From the NCBI GenBank assembly GCA_001643675.2, contig LSRY02000002.1, positions 1,116,001-1,180,000 on the forward strand: a DNA stretch of 64,000 bases, written 5' to 3'. Below, piece by piece: positions 38,947-51,907 of this stretch; the stretch's first letter is position 1; every line of letters starts with the position of its first letter. This DNA comes from Monocercomonoides exilis PA203. Its lineage: Eukaryota > Protista > Preaxostyla. The notes under the pieces are model-generated. The model worked only from the letters and a program-made list of their open reading frames with translations, was not told the DNA's origin and searched no databases. Made by a program: the position numbers and the translations under genes.

Positions 38947-40317
38947 TTAAGCAATTTTTTTTCTTGGTTCAGGTATGGAGGTTGGTGGAGAAGGAAATAG
39001 AATAGAAACAAAACCATTTTCTTGTTCCGCTTTCTTTTTTGCTGCATTCAATATATCCTTTAAAGGAGGAGCATACAACGATGGACCGACAAATGAAACA
39101 GTAATTGGTGGTAGTGGCATTCCAAAGCGCTCTACGATACGTGAAACATTCAGTGCCATCCACTCAAATAGTCCGTTTTGCGATTTTGCGCCAGCCAAAA
39201 GGGATGTGGGAGTCATGGAGAGTGAGCGAAATATGCATGGACAAAAAATAGTTGAAAGATTAGCTAATCCCATTTTATTTTCATGCTCGTGTTTCGCGAC
39301 GATTGCAATGTGGTTGAACAAGACGATGAGGAGATCTCGATGGCAAGTTGGAAAAGAGGCTATTGCTGATAAAATGGCCTCTCCTTTTGCTTCAGGATCA
39401 GAAATGCTATCTATTTCAATGAATGAATCATAAAAGCGATATGGTATAAGTGGATCTGGAAGTTCCCTGAGAAATCTTTTAACCAATTGAGAAACAACAT
39501 TCGCATTTGTTGATGGAGGAAACATCATATCAGGAGTCTTGGTTAGTTGTTCGATCATAATATTTAATTTGTCAACAGCAGGAGACAGTCTATATATCCC
39601 TTCTTGATTTATTGCTTTGTTTTCAATAAAATTGGTGGCATTCCAGAAAAATGTTGGAACTTGCGTCATTTCTGCTTCGACAAAGTCAGAAAGCATTGTG
39701 CCAAAAAATTTTGTTGTCATCGAATATTTTCCTGATTAAAACCAAAAAAACAGGGAATATTGCATATATTTTCATAAAAAATTAACGATTTTATTATTTA
39801 ATTTTTAATTAAAAGCACACCCTTCCAAGAAATAATTGGAGCTTTCTCAATTTTCGGTGCAATAGTCGTTTCTGCCCTTTTTGTTTGTGACTGAATCATT
39901 GCAAGGGTCGCAGCAGCTTTTGCAGAAGAAGTAACAGCAGTTGAAGAATGTGATTGAACTTTTTGTGAATTCTGTACGTTTTCGCTCTGAATCTGTGCAG
40001 TATTTGCTGGTTGAGTCGATAACTTGGAGGTTTCTTCATGAGTTGATTGTGTGTTAACTTGAAGAGGTTTTCCAGGAGAAGCAGTTGAGTCGCATTCTTC
40101 GCAATAAGAAGTAGGTACCCATCCAACTTTCCCTTGGTTATTTTTAGCCATCATCCTGCGAATTGGAAAAAATAATATGAACATCAAACATTGTACTATG
40201 AGTAAACCATCCTTCATTATCTGGCTCAACGACTTCTAATATTTCTCCTTCAACAACAGAAAGTTGATGTTCGTCAGCTGCTTGATAATCATAGCTGATT
40301 CTAACATGAGCTGTCAT
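38947..40317 (-). CDS. SH3 + RhoGAP domain protein, 3 exons
   Basis: SH3: YDYQAADEHQLSVVEGEILEV..EGW|MMAK..GKVGWVPTSYC. RhoGAP: EGIYRLS, KRFLRELPDPLIP, NKMGLANLSTIFCPCI. Confidence 0.92.
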
Positions 40318-40602
40318 ATTTAAGTAACTTATGGTTATTGATCATTGATTATCATAAGGTGTTGTTTTCACATAATAATGATTCTAAGGAGTTTTGCTTT
40401 TAAAAATAAATACATTTAATTGGAAAATGAAACAAAAATAGCACATGTTTAAAAGCAATGAGATGTTAAAAAGAAAAGAATAGAATAGAAATATCCTGAA
40501 AATCGTTTAATCGATTCAAAAAAAGCCAATGATTTAAAATAACTTGAATTTTTCATTTATTTGTGAGAAATGATTTCGAAATTTCAGCAACATATGAACT
40601 TA

Positions 40603-40884
40603 TCAATAGACGCATTTTCCTCCTGGCAAAGTGATGGACTGAACTAATGTTGAACCTTCAACTATATGATAATCCTGAAATGTTTTGCTATTTTCAAGAT
40701 CTTGAGCATTGCATGTTAGAGAACAGTTTGAAACTTCAACTCCAGTTTCTCCCTGCAAATATGATTTAATGGCAAGTATATCTGTATCTGGCTGAACAGA
40801 AACATTAAGCATTTCTCCTGCAACTGTTCTAATAAAAATTGAAAAAGAATCTCCTTCAGTTCCACTCGAAAAAGAATCTGCCAT
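40603..40884 (-). CDS. Small ubiquitin-like protein
   Basis: IFIRTVAGE..V.PDTDI..IK..LEN.KTFQDYHIVEGSTL..LPGG, followed by a KCVY tail. Confidence 0.85.
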   Translation of the reverse strand: MADSFSSGTEGDSFSIFIRTVAGEMLNVSVQPDTDILAIKSYLQGETGVEVSNCSLTCNAQDLENSKTFQDYHIVEGSTLVQSITLPGGKCVY

Positions 40885-42179
40885 CCTTTGTCAGATTTAA
40901 TTATTATATGATGGGAATTTTTGATCAATGAATTGGTTATTTTTATTTTTGAGTTTGGATTCTTTTAAATTTATTCGTTTCAGATTCATTGTATTTATTA
41001 TTTTTGAATTTTCAACAGATATTTTAACTTCAATTTTAATTCGAAAATTTGAAACGTCATCGAACTTTTTTTCTTTTGAGAAGATTTTTAAAGGAATTCA
41101 TAAGTAAATAATATCGAGAGTAATGAACACCCAACTTGAATCATGTTTGTGGTGAATCATTTTTGTATGTAATTTCTATTTATAATTTTCTTTTCCATTT
41201 TGTTAATGGAGTTATTCCTTTTAAATAAATAACTAGTGAATATTGCCGTTTTTCACTGGAAAAAAGCTGAAACACATTTATGAAACCTTCACAAAGGAAG
41301 TTACACATATATTTATGTGTATATTCAATTATTTCAAACGAATTTGATTTATAAATCGTTTCGAGAAGAGAAGAAGTTCATCCAGTTCAAACAAATAGAA
41401 ACAGTTTATTTGTTATTGAAGGGATCAGTTGTTCGGCAAAGCTTTATTAAAATAAGTCACTGAATATCGTGCAACAATTGTTTTTTTTTATGGTTTTCGC
41501 AACATTTGAAGCTGAATGAATAAGTGCAAATCAAAATTTCCCGCTTTCACTGTTTCTTCATTTCTATCATCTCTTTCTTTTACAATACTGCGAGCTTTAT
41601 ATCCAACTCAATTTTTAGAATCGAATGAAAATTTATCACTTATCCACTCATCTCGCTGACGTGCATTTTCTATTCTTTGAAATTTTCAACAGAATTTGTT
41701 TTTCGTACTCCATAAAATCCCATGCGATGTTATCTGAATGTTAATCAAATGGTCTGTAAATGTTTCACTACCAAACGCAAAAATGTCGTTATTACTTTTG
41801 AAATATTTTCTTTATTAATCTTTTATAAATATCTATTGTCTTCTTTACAGATTTGTCTGATACCATTTTCCTCACGAAGAGAAATATCAATGTTGCAAAT
41901 GAAAATACTTCAAAAGTGTTTTGTAAATAAAATATTGATTTCTTTTCGTTTGATAAATGTTAAATAAACACCATTGTTATTGAGAACTGCAATCTGTTTC
42001 TCTACTATCATTTATCAATTCTTCCTTTGTGTATTGGATTCTTAACGGTTGTTTTTCATTTACAAAAAAATCATGAACTCATGATTCATTTATGATTCGT
42101 TTTTACAAATTTCTCGATTCGGTCAGTAGCGTTGAATTTTCTGATCCAAAATTTTCTATATGCTATCTTTCTTCATAGT

Positions 42180-43676
42180 TCATAATTGAACAATCTCGTC
42201 ATCGCATTTTCAAAATTTTTCTTTATGAATGCGTCAATTTTTCATTCGTATAGTTGTTTCATTATCTCCTTTTTCCTCTTTGATATTTCCTTAGTCTTTT
42301 TATAAGTGTTTTTTCATCGCCATTTTAGACATTATCTTTCTTTTCGCTTATTCTTTTCTGTTGCCTTCACAGTAAAGAAGAAATTGGATATTTCAAATGG
42401 TAATAAACATTCACGCCTCTTCGGATATGTGAATCAAAAGTGTTAAAAAGTGGGTTTAACTGTTTTTCTTCCATTTTCTTAACATTGCATTTGGTGCATC
42501 TTTTCTCATATTTCATAAATTTTCATTTTTCTTTCATCAATTAATTTTATCAGTATTTATTGTTTGAGCTTTTGATTTCTCTATTTATCTTCTTCTTCTC
42601 TAATTCCTATTCTTCCAGCTTTGAATTTTTATCAAATATCTCACTCATCCGTTTTTCCATTTGGTGTTCTATCCGTCCATCTTTTTCAATTCCTTCTTTA
42701 CCATTGGTGTGAAAACCTGAACCTTTCTCGAAACCCAGAACTTTAAATGAAACAAAACATTTATTTTTTTTTTTCAATTTTTGGAATTATTTTTGAAATT
42801 CTCCTTTGTTAAACAATAAATTAATGAAATTCTGACATGTTTGTTTTCAAACGGTTTCAAAACTGATGAAATGATAGAAAAACCATTCAACGTTATTGAA
42901 AAACCTAATAAATTGTTTCTTTGCACCTAAAAACACTTCTTAACAACAATAAAGATACACTCACAACTAATTTAACAAATGATGAATCACTTTTCACTTC
43001 ATTATTCATCTTTTTCTTCTTGTATTTTCTTTTTCAAGAAGTAGTTTTCTCGAGCCTCCTTTTCTTTTTGAGTGATTGTTGGAGATAAGCATCTTGTTAT
43101 CATGCCAATTTGTCTAACCCTTGAAGCTGTTAAAAGTTTTGCTTTTCCCTTGATTTTGATGATTGATTCTTTTTATTCCTCTTCCTCAAATGTTTCTTAA
43201 TCATTTTGAAGAATGTCTAGCTTTCTTCTTTTTTCTGATTTCTTCATATCAGAAATTGAGTCTTCTTCCTTCACAATTGTCACTTTCACTTTTTTCATGA
43301 CGTTCATGCCTTCATCCTCATCATCCTTTGAATCTCTTGCATCTTCCAATTGCTTCCTTGTTTGTGCAACACGTTTGCATAAGATATCCAGCTCTCTTTG
43401 AAGGCACTCAGTGCATTTGGGACAACTAGGTTGTGTTATTGCAGACTTTTCATCAATATTCGTTTTTTTATCCATTTTCTTTGTCGGAAAAATTTTTCTG
43501 TACAATTCTGATTGAAGATCTGTAGATGACTTGATAACTTTCTTTTCTCCAGAGATTTGTTTTGAAGATTCACAAACTCGTGATAGAACTTCAGTTGATG
43601 CAATAGGACAAACGCCTGTTTTCAAAAAACAGTTCTGATTGTGGAAGGCTGAACTGTTGCTGCTGTTATATCTCAT
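42180..43676 (-). pseudogene. Decayed K/E-rich coding sequence
   Basis: 159-aa ORF 43197-43676 plus broken purine-rich frames downstream. No recognisable domain. Confidence 0.35.
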
Positions 43677-43759
43677 GGAAATCGAGAAAAGGAAAACCTG
43701 TATGTTTGCAATTGAAATGGATATGGTGTATGAAGCAAGTTGTTTTGCACTAATTTAAA

Positions 43760-43845
43760 TGTGGAAGAAATGCAACTGTTACAAGGTTGTAGTAACTGAG
43801 TCATATTCGGAGGGAAATAATTAATTATTATATGGGTGATTTTTT
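43760..43845 (-). mobile_element. Relic of a pogo/Tigger (DDE_1) transposase
   Basis: IIINYFPPNMTQLLQPCNSCISSTFK resembles the conserved F-x-P-x-N-x-T-x-x-LQPLD motif. Confidence 0.55.
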
Positions 43846-44307
43846 TTGACATCATAAAAAAAGATCAAAAATCGAAAATATAAATTCTATTGTGGTATTA
43901 ATTGATCAAAGAGTTAAATTGTTTTTTTGCAAGCATTTAGCATTAATTTCTGTAATATAAATTTGTTTTATTCCCCCCCCCCCCAAAAGACATACCTTTT
44001 TCACTTTTTTTGTGGAAAAGAATTTTTTTGATCAAGTTTTATAAATATTTACTAAAACAAACGAATAAAACTTCAAAAAAAATTGCAAATTCATAATTGG
44101 AAAAAACAAAACATTGAAAAGAAAAAATTAAAAATAAGAACAGAAAAGAAGAAAACAAAATTATTGAAACCAATTTATTATTAAGAGTTATTTTTCTTTT
44201 TATTTTTTCTTCACCTTTGCACAGCCAACAAATCTCCATTCCTTTTATTCTTTTCATCAACTTCATCAAACGTTAAACAAAATCGTGGAACATTGGATAA
44301 ATCCGAT

Positions 44308-44485
44308 TTCAACAATGGAACTGATGTCGATGTCTGTGGAAGATAAGGACAGATACCATGTGCCACAATCGAGTATTCCCTCACTGGCTTCATTTTCCTC
44401 CTCCAAGACTCCTCCCTCACCCTCCTCAGCTCAACATTTGTTCCTCTTCAAACACTCACCTTCAGCGCAGCTGATGCAAAAATCA
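44308..44485 (+). pseudogene. Short orphan paralog of the 17795-17955 surface-protein segment
   Basis: NNGTDVDVCGR*GQIPCATIEYSL..QDSSLTLLSSTFVPLQTLTFSAADAKI aligns to NNGTNTDLCG..SPYETIEFAL..QDASLTLLT*TLTFSAVDTRI. Confidence 0.7.
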
Positions 44486-45129
44486 TTGATAACAATTGAC
44501 ATTTTCTAATTTCATTAAAATTTCTTCCATTCATTAATTTTTTAAATTTTCCATATCATCGAAAAATCTTTGTGCCTTCATTGCTTTTTCAACAAGAGCA
44601 TATATCATCACTAATTATTCGAGAAGTTTAACTAAGTTCCGAAAAAAATCTAACTTTGCCATTTTCCATTTGATTTGGCTTCTTCATCAAATGAAAATAA
44701 AGCTCGTTGCTTAAGGAATCATCTATTTCTTCTCTTCAAATAGCATTTCTTCAATCAAATCAGAAAGATTTTCAAAAACATTTATTTCCTCAACTTTCCG
44801 ATTTCAACTTTTTCGTATCCAATTAGAGCAAGTGTCTCATATAATTTCTCTTCAAATATGTCTTTTCCTCTCAATTCCTTTTCTTCCTCGCTTCATTTGC
44901 AACAATTCGCCTTGGTTTCGCTGCTGTGAAATCTTCCGAAGGCTATTTAGGAGCCCATCCATTTCATAAAACAATAGCTTCAATGTTCTTTCTGTTTTCA
45001 CTGCAAATGCTTCAGCTTCCAAATAAAAATGGCAAAATCTTCCTCCTTTTCTGATTGTACTCCATCAGATACGCTTTTCTTGGATCAACGAAACACTGTC
45101 TTCTTTATCACATAATTTCTGCTGATATT

Positions 45130-48100
45130 CTGTGTTAGAATAAATAATTATCTGTGCTTCTGAATAGAAATGAAAGATGAGGCCTGACGATGAATTCGAG
45201 GGGAGTTGAATGAAAGAAAAGAAGAAGAAGAAGTTAAGGCAGGAAGTGATAGCGGAAGTGGGGTTGGAATAGCTGAATTAGAAGAAGAAAGAAGTTTTGC
45301 TTGGAATTGCAGTGAAGGAGATTAAGATGTTCTGAGAGAAGGAGAAGATAGTTGTTGGATGTTCATAAACAAGGACGAATTGACAAGTGATGAAGTACAA
45401 TGAGAAAGAGGATGAAGAGCAATGTTTGGACTTGCAGCAAGATCAGCAGCTGAATTAAAAGGCGCTACCAAATTGAGTGAAGGATATTCTTCATCGAATC
45501 CGCCGCAGTTGAATTCTGCAAAGCGGAGAAAGATACCAATTTTGAGAATGAAAGCGCATCTCTTCTTCCAGGCACGTTGTTCTAGCTGAATGTTCTTATC
45601 CCTTTCTCCTTCTGAAACAGTTGCGGTTATCTTTTCCCTTCTCCTTTCCTTCCCTTTCTGTGTGTCACTTATGCTTCCTCTTTGCAGTTCCGCACGTCTT
45701 TGCTTAAGAACGATCTTCAGCGCACTCATTAGATCCAGTCTTGTTCTCGTCTGCCTCGCGTCGACTGCTGCACACACAGGCAATTTTCGCATCTTCCACA
45801 CAAATTGCCTGTTTTTTTTCGCTTTTGATACGCACATAACGGCGGGGCACATCCAATTCATCGCTCAAATCTTCAAAGACAGAATAAGCTTAATCATTCA
45901 GCGTGCAGTCCAATTTCCGCTCTCTTGTCAAAGATGGCGTTTGGCTTTCTTTCGCCTCTTGTTGGGCCTCGCTGGACATTTTGTTCTCTTTCTGGTTGGT
46001 CGGCGTGCCTGTCTCAAGATGTGGTTATAATACTCCTTGGATACTGCTAAACAGATTTTTGTCTCTTTCCTTTATCTTCTTCGCCATTTTCTCCATTTTT
46101 CTTCGCTCTTGCTCTTCTTTCTCCTTTTTCTTCTTCTGCATCTCCTGCAGTTTCATCAGCCGAAGCAGTTTCTCTCTCTGATCATCTGATTCCAATGAAT
46201 TAAACGTGATTTTCGCCTCTTCATCGTCCACTTTCCCTTTCTCATTCTGAAACTCATCTTGCATCGCCCTTGTCACTTCTTTGTTCAAATCCTTCATCTC
46301 CATCACACCCAACGTCGCCCCTCCTCCTCCTCCTCCAATTCCTCCTCCACCTCCACCTCCTCCAACGGTATGTGACAGCTGCGTTGTTGGTGCACAAACA
46401 GCTCCTCTCACCATTTCCATCTCTTGGCTGTACACAATCAACGCTCTCCCTCCAACTCCTCTCCATCCTCCGTCCATTCGCTTCCCTCGCGTAAAGTGTA
46501 TCGTTCCAAAGGCGCCTCGTCCTGAAGTATATTGCTTAGGCTGTGGAGAAGGTGATGGTGTTGGAGAGGTATTTGCTGTTGTGTTCTGTTGTTGTGGTTG
46601 TTGCTGCTGTTTCTGCTGAGCTTGCGATGAAAGAGGCTCTGGCTTTGGCTCATCTGAATGCGTTTCGTCTTTTTTGCCGTTTTGAATTGATTCTTTCGCT
46701 TTTGCATTCTTTTCTGCTTCTGTTTGATAGTCTTTCTTTTGAAGTATTTCAACACTTTCCTGAGCTTCATTGTTTTCATTTCCTTTCTTTTTCATCGAAG
46801 CACTTTGTTTTGTTTCAGTATCATTTGCATCATCATCATATGCTCCTTCCTTTTCACTCGCATCGCTCTCCAAACTATCAGTTGATTCGTCATCTGATAG
46901 AATTCCCCCAACATTCACCACATTCTCATAGCTCATCAGCTTCAGAATACTCTCATCGTCTGCATTGTCCTCTTCATACAGCCATCCATCCCCTGAGCTT
47001 ATTCCCCACCAGTCGTCGTTGTCAAACTCTTCTTCTCTTCTTCGGAACGCTGTCAGAATCTCCCGCAGCTTCTTCTCTCGAATGTCGTCTTCTTCGTCTT
47101 CGTTTATTCCAGTCAAGTTGCAAGCTTCTGTTTTCTTCTTATTCTTCATTTTGTTATAATTATTTTTGGATTTTGATAAATGTTTTATTTTCTTTTCTTT
47201 TGAAACAACTGATTTGGGTTTGTTCATTGAATCCTCCAAAATCACTTCTTCGTTTTCGTCGTTGTTCGAGTCATCATCATCTTCTTCTTCCTCATCTTTC
47301 GTGCTATCTTCATCGCCTTCAACTTCTTCTTTGTTTCCATTTTCATTCAAAGAATTAATCACTTCTTTCTCTTCTTTTCCGTCTTCTTTGCCATCCCCCT
47401 CACTTTTTGTAGCATTCACACTCATTCCTGGTCTTTTTATCGATTCATCAATCGGCGTCGGAGAAAGCAGAAGGTTTGGTCTGACCTTCAAAAGCACTTC
47501 ATTCACAACAGAATCTCGTTGAAGCTCAAGCGCCTGGTAATACCTTCGCATCAGCCTCTGTTTCTCTCTCTGCTTGTGACACTTCTCTCTTCGCTCTTCT
47601 TCATCACTGATGATGGAGCTGTCGGAAAGGAATTCACTTTCTTCATTTTTTTATGTTTTCTTCAGAGAATTTCTTCTAATCAATGATATACTCTCGTTTT
47701 CTTCTGCTTTTGCTTTATATTCATTTTCATTGAAGCTATTATCCCTATCACTTGCATGCTTTAATTCCTTCCTCAACTTTATTTTTTCTCTTTTTCTTCT
47801 CTCCTCTCTCCTCTCGTTCCTTGCTTCTCTCTTTCGCTCTCTCTCTTTCTCTCTTCCTCTTCTCCAGATTCTCTGCATATCGCTCCATCATCCGAAACTC
47901 TGCAAACAGCTGTATTGCATCAAATACATCGGGAGGGAGAACAAAATATTGTCTTTTCCTTCTTCCTCTGAGCTGTTGCTTCATCCTCTTTATCTGCTGC
48001 TCTTCGCTTGTCAGAAATCTGTTTCTGGAAGAGCAAAGCAACGAGGAGGAAGAAGTAGATTAAGAAGAGCACGGTGGACATGAAGCAGAAGCAACTTGTG

Positions 48101-49560
48101 CACAGCGGTTGAGATAGCTCCGGTGGAGTAGACAGTGCATTGTTCTTATGCGGCTCATCATGGCAATCTCAGAACGATGAGGTGGTTTGGGATGGAGAGA
48201 GAGGTCAGTTACTGCTGGAGAAGATGAGGAAGATGAAGGAGAGGGAGAAGAAGATGATTGAGGAAGAGAAAGAAAAGATTCATTGGGTAATGAAGAAGGA
48301 GATGTGCCTGTGCCTGTGCCAATGCCAGCAATTGAATGAGTCAAAAATGTTTGTGTTGAATTCTGATTGCTTTTTCTTTGTCTTTGTCTTCGAGGCACAT
48401 AAGATGGATTCAGATCGCATCTGACTGAAAAACGGACAATTCTCTGCTCGAAATGAGGCTGTTTGCAAGCGAACCGAATCTTCTTCGCAGAATGCCATCT
48501 CCGTTGTTCAGCACTTGCTCAAAGAGGAAATCGTCAATGAGATTGGTTGCATAGCCAGGAAAGCCAAATGTGTTGATTGTGTTAAAGGATGAGTAGTTTT
48601 CGAGTGTCAATGGATTGACTCCACATTCATCGACTGCCTCGTCTGTGTCAAGATGCTCTACCCAATCGCCTAACAGTCTAAAACCAGGAAATTTCTCTCG
48701 TTTCTCTTTCTCTTTTCCTTTCCCTCTTTCTCTCTCTTTGAGTTTTTCCTTCCACTTCTCCTTCTCTCTCTCCCTCATTGCTGTTATTCGTGTTATTCCT
48801 CTCACAGCATTTTCTCTTTTTCCCTTTCCATCTTTCCCACCATTCCCATTCTCATACATTCCAGTGAAAATAGCCATCATCCTCTGCTCTTTGTTCGACA
48901 TCTGTTTGTTTTTCTGCCCCCATCTCAGTCTGTTCTGTCTCAATTGAAGTTTTCTTGCGCGAATGTTTGAAAATTCGTTGTCTTCATCAAAAAGAGGCAG
49001 CGGAGGAGGAGGAAAATCAGGTGAAGTTGAATGAGAAAGAAGCTATTGAGTGAGAAAAGAATGAAGGAGAGAAGGGATGTGTGAGAGAGAAGAGAGAGAA
49101 GGGAAAGAAGGGAAAGAAGGAGAAAGTGAAGAAAGGGAAGACGATAAAGAAGAAGTGGAGATGGAAGGAGTTGATAAAGAACGAATAACAGAAGAGAAAG
49201 AAGAAGGTTTGAGGGATGTTTTGAAGCTAAGTTGTGGTTGTTGATTAAGATGCTGATGTTGATGACGAGAACGAGAAATGAAAAAGAACATGAATAAGAA
49301 AAATTAAAAGAAGAAGAAGTGCACGATGTGTTAAATGAGTAAATGTACGTTGGACACAGATGATGAATAGAGGTAGAAGAAGGAGAAAAGAGTTGAGTGG
49401 CGAAATGGAAATTGAAAGAAGATGAAAGATGAGAAAGAGGAGAATATTGAAGAGCTAATGAAGAAGGAACAAGGGAAGATCTGTTGGTTGAGAGAAGGCG
49501 GTGAATGAAAGGTGTATTGAATGAAAGAAAAGGATTAGGAGGAAGAAAAGGATGAGGTGG
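45130..49560 (-). pseudogene. Large low-complexity (S, E/D, K/R, G-rich) gene with stops and frameshifts
   Basis: ORF pieces 48410-48943, 47748-48041, 47651-47878, 46025-47551 and 45322-45861. In-frame TAA at 47651 and 46025, several TGA, and at least one frame change near 47.8 kb. Confidence 0.55.
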
Positions 49561-49830
49561 AGAAAGAGAAAAAAACAAGAAGAAATTGTATGATATGTTA
49601 TTGATATATATGATAAAGAAGAAAAAGAAGATGATGAATAAATGGCATGAGATGATTAATTGTTGGAAATAAAGAAGATGAGTGTCAATTCACATCAACT
49701 GAGAAATTCAATAAAATTCTCTTCTTCAGGATTTTGTTTTTTCTGGCAAATAATAGCCTCTGAATCCTTTTCACTTTCAGCTCAATCCTCTTTCTCTCTC
49801 TCAAACTAAAAATACAAAGCATGCGTCAAT

Positions 49831-51079
49831 CTCTTTTGATTTCATCTTTCAAGCTTTCAATTCCCCTTCTTTCACAAAAAATCATCTTTTCTCAAAAACT
49901 ATTCTTCGCCAAAGCCCAATTCCAGGCATCTTCGAAATTTCTTGAATTTCATTTGTTCGTCTTTATTTGTTCTTCCCCACTTTTCTTCTTCTTCTTCAAA
50001 GCCATATAATCCTTCGCTTTTTCAACATCCTGAATGAAAAATAATAATCACTTCAAAAAATATTCAACAAACCTTCTAAACATTTTTATATGGAATTTTC
50101 TGTTTTATATTCCATTGCACACTGTTTCCCTCCAATAAAAATTCTTTATTCCTTCCATTTTCAAATATTTCTTTTCTGATTTTCTAATCGTCCTTTCCGG
50201 AAGTCATTTTCCCATCAAATGCATCGATTTCCCTCTCTTCTGAAAAATGTGAAACTTATGTATTTTCTTCAATTTCATCTTTCTCATTGAAAAATATCCT
50301 TGTTTCTCGTCTGAAAATATCATTCCAAATTCCTTCCCAATCCCTTCACCCTGGGCACTTTCCATATGAATTCGCTCTCCCAACTTTATGGTCACCCTGC
50401 ACAACGAGATATCCCGCCTTCATTCATTTTCATTCATTTCTGCCTCCTGCCCTGAAAGAAAGAATAAAAACGGTCAATAAAAAATAATCATATATAGAAA
50501 TAATAAATAAATACCAAACTTCCTTCTCTGCCTTTTATTAGCAATTATTCTTTGGCATATCAATCATATAAATATTTTCATTAAAAACAAAAGAAAGAAC
50601 ACCTATTGATTGTCTATGAAAAAGATTTGTTTAAAAAACATGTGTTTTCCTCATATGATAACAAATAACAAACCTCGATGCAACGTCAATGTGAGAAAAA
50701 TTGTTGAAAGAACATTTTGAAATAAAGTTATGGAATTTTTTCTCATTGAAAAAAGTTCTAAACACACATTTTTTTTAATCATTTTTAATGAATATTGTTG
50801 TTTTAATAATTATGAAGCGTATGAACACTAATAGAATATAAGCATTTTCTCGTTCTTGAAAGAACAAAAAAGCGAAAAATTTTCATAGATTTTTGATCTG
50901 AAAATTTGAGATACATTTTTCGAAAAAGAGGTCACACCTTGGTACCCCTTTTTTTGACATATTTCACACACAGTCATTCTAACAAATCGATTCATGCGAA
51001 AAAAATGCCACCCAAGGTGTGACCCTCGTGGGATACCTTAAAAATATTTTTTCCTTATGATCAGATCCATAATTATTTG
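49831..51079. repeat. Left arm of ~1.25-kb inverted repeat
   Basis: Reverse complement of 56904-58154. Mirrored identical ORFs (50204-50404/57579-57779 and 50287-50487/57496-57696). The only differences noticed are two 1-nt homopolymer length changes. Confidence 0.97.
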
Positions 51080-51907
51080 AATATGCATAAAATTGTCTGA
51101 CTTTTGTGTTGTGAGACGATTATTCTCCATTTGTTATTTGCACAAAATTTTAACATTCTGACATTATTTTGTGTAGTATTTTGTTGTTTAGTCGTTTTTA
51201 TGGATGAAATTTTTATATTTGTGATGTTGAAAGTTTTTGAAATGAATTTCTTTTTCTTTTTTAAGAATCTTCAAATTCAAAAAATAATAAATATAAAAAA
51301 TAAAGAATAAATGATCTTAAGTAGTTTCCCAAAAGTTTAATAATTGAATAAAAAATGTTTCATCATTATTGTTCAAATAAAATTATTTCCGCATTTAATT
51401 TTGAACGAATAAATCGAAAAAATATATAATTTCTTCAAGGTTGTATTTGTAAAAAAAATATTTTAATCTGTAATTCAAAATATTTTAATTAGTCATCCAT
51501 TCATATATTAACAATTTTGTCCATTTAGTAAAAATAAAAAAATCAAAATGTTTTACTAAACTTTCATCTCTGATTAAATTTTTTTTTTGAAAAAACATAT
51601 TTTATGCTGAAATAAAACAACTCAATATTTATTTTAAAAAAAGAAAAAGAAAATCAGTTTGACATTTAATATTGTTGATTATCAAATTTTTTGTATTTAT
51701 TTATTTATTTATTTATTTTTTATGATTTTATGATTTCATTAATGAGCTTTTTGGATTGCTATGTGTCTTTTGAGAAAATTAAATTGTGAGAAAGAAAAAA
51801 AGAATTTCAATAAATAAAAATAAAAATAAAAAAACAGTGAATGACTTCGGAATTTTTATGATTTTTTCATACTGAAAATACCATTATAAATTAAATATTT
51901 CTCAAAA

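Noticed and set aside
40603-40620. CaaX prenylation signal (MUB/UBL3-like)
   Set aside because: The C-terminus is KCVY-stop; the Cys is third, not fourth, from the end.
3048-47653. Alternative genetic code (TAA/TAG = Gln) suggested by in-frame TAR at 6267, 8559, 17917, 46025 and 47651
   Set aside because: RPL32, RsmE, RhoGAP, NPHP4 and both transposases end in TAA. Gln-rich exons use CAA/CAG without internal TAR. The decayed genes also contain TGA stops and frameshifts.
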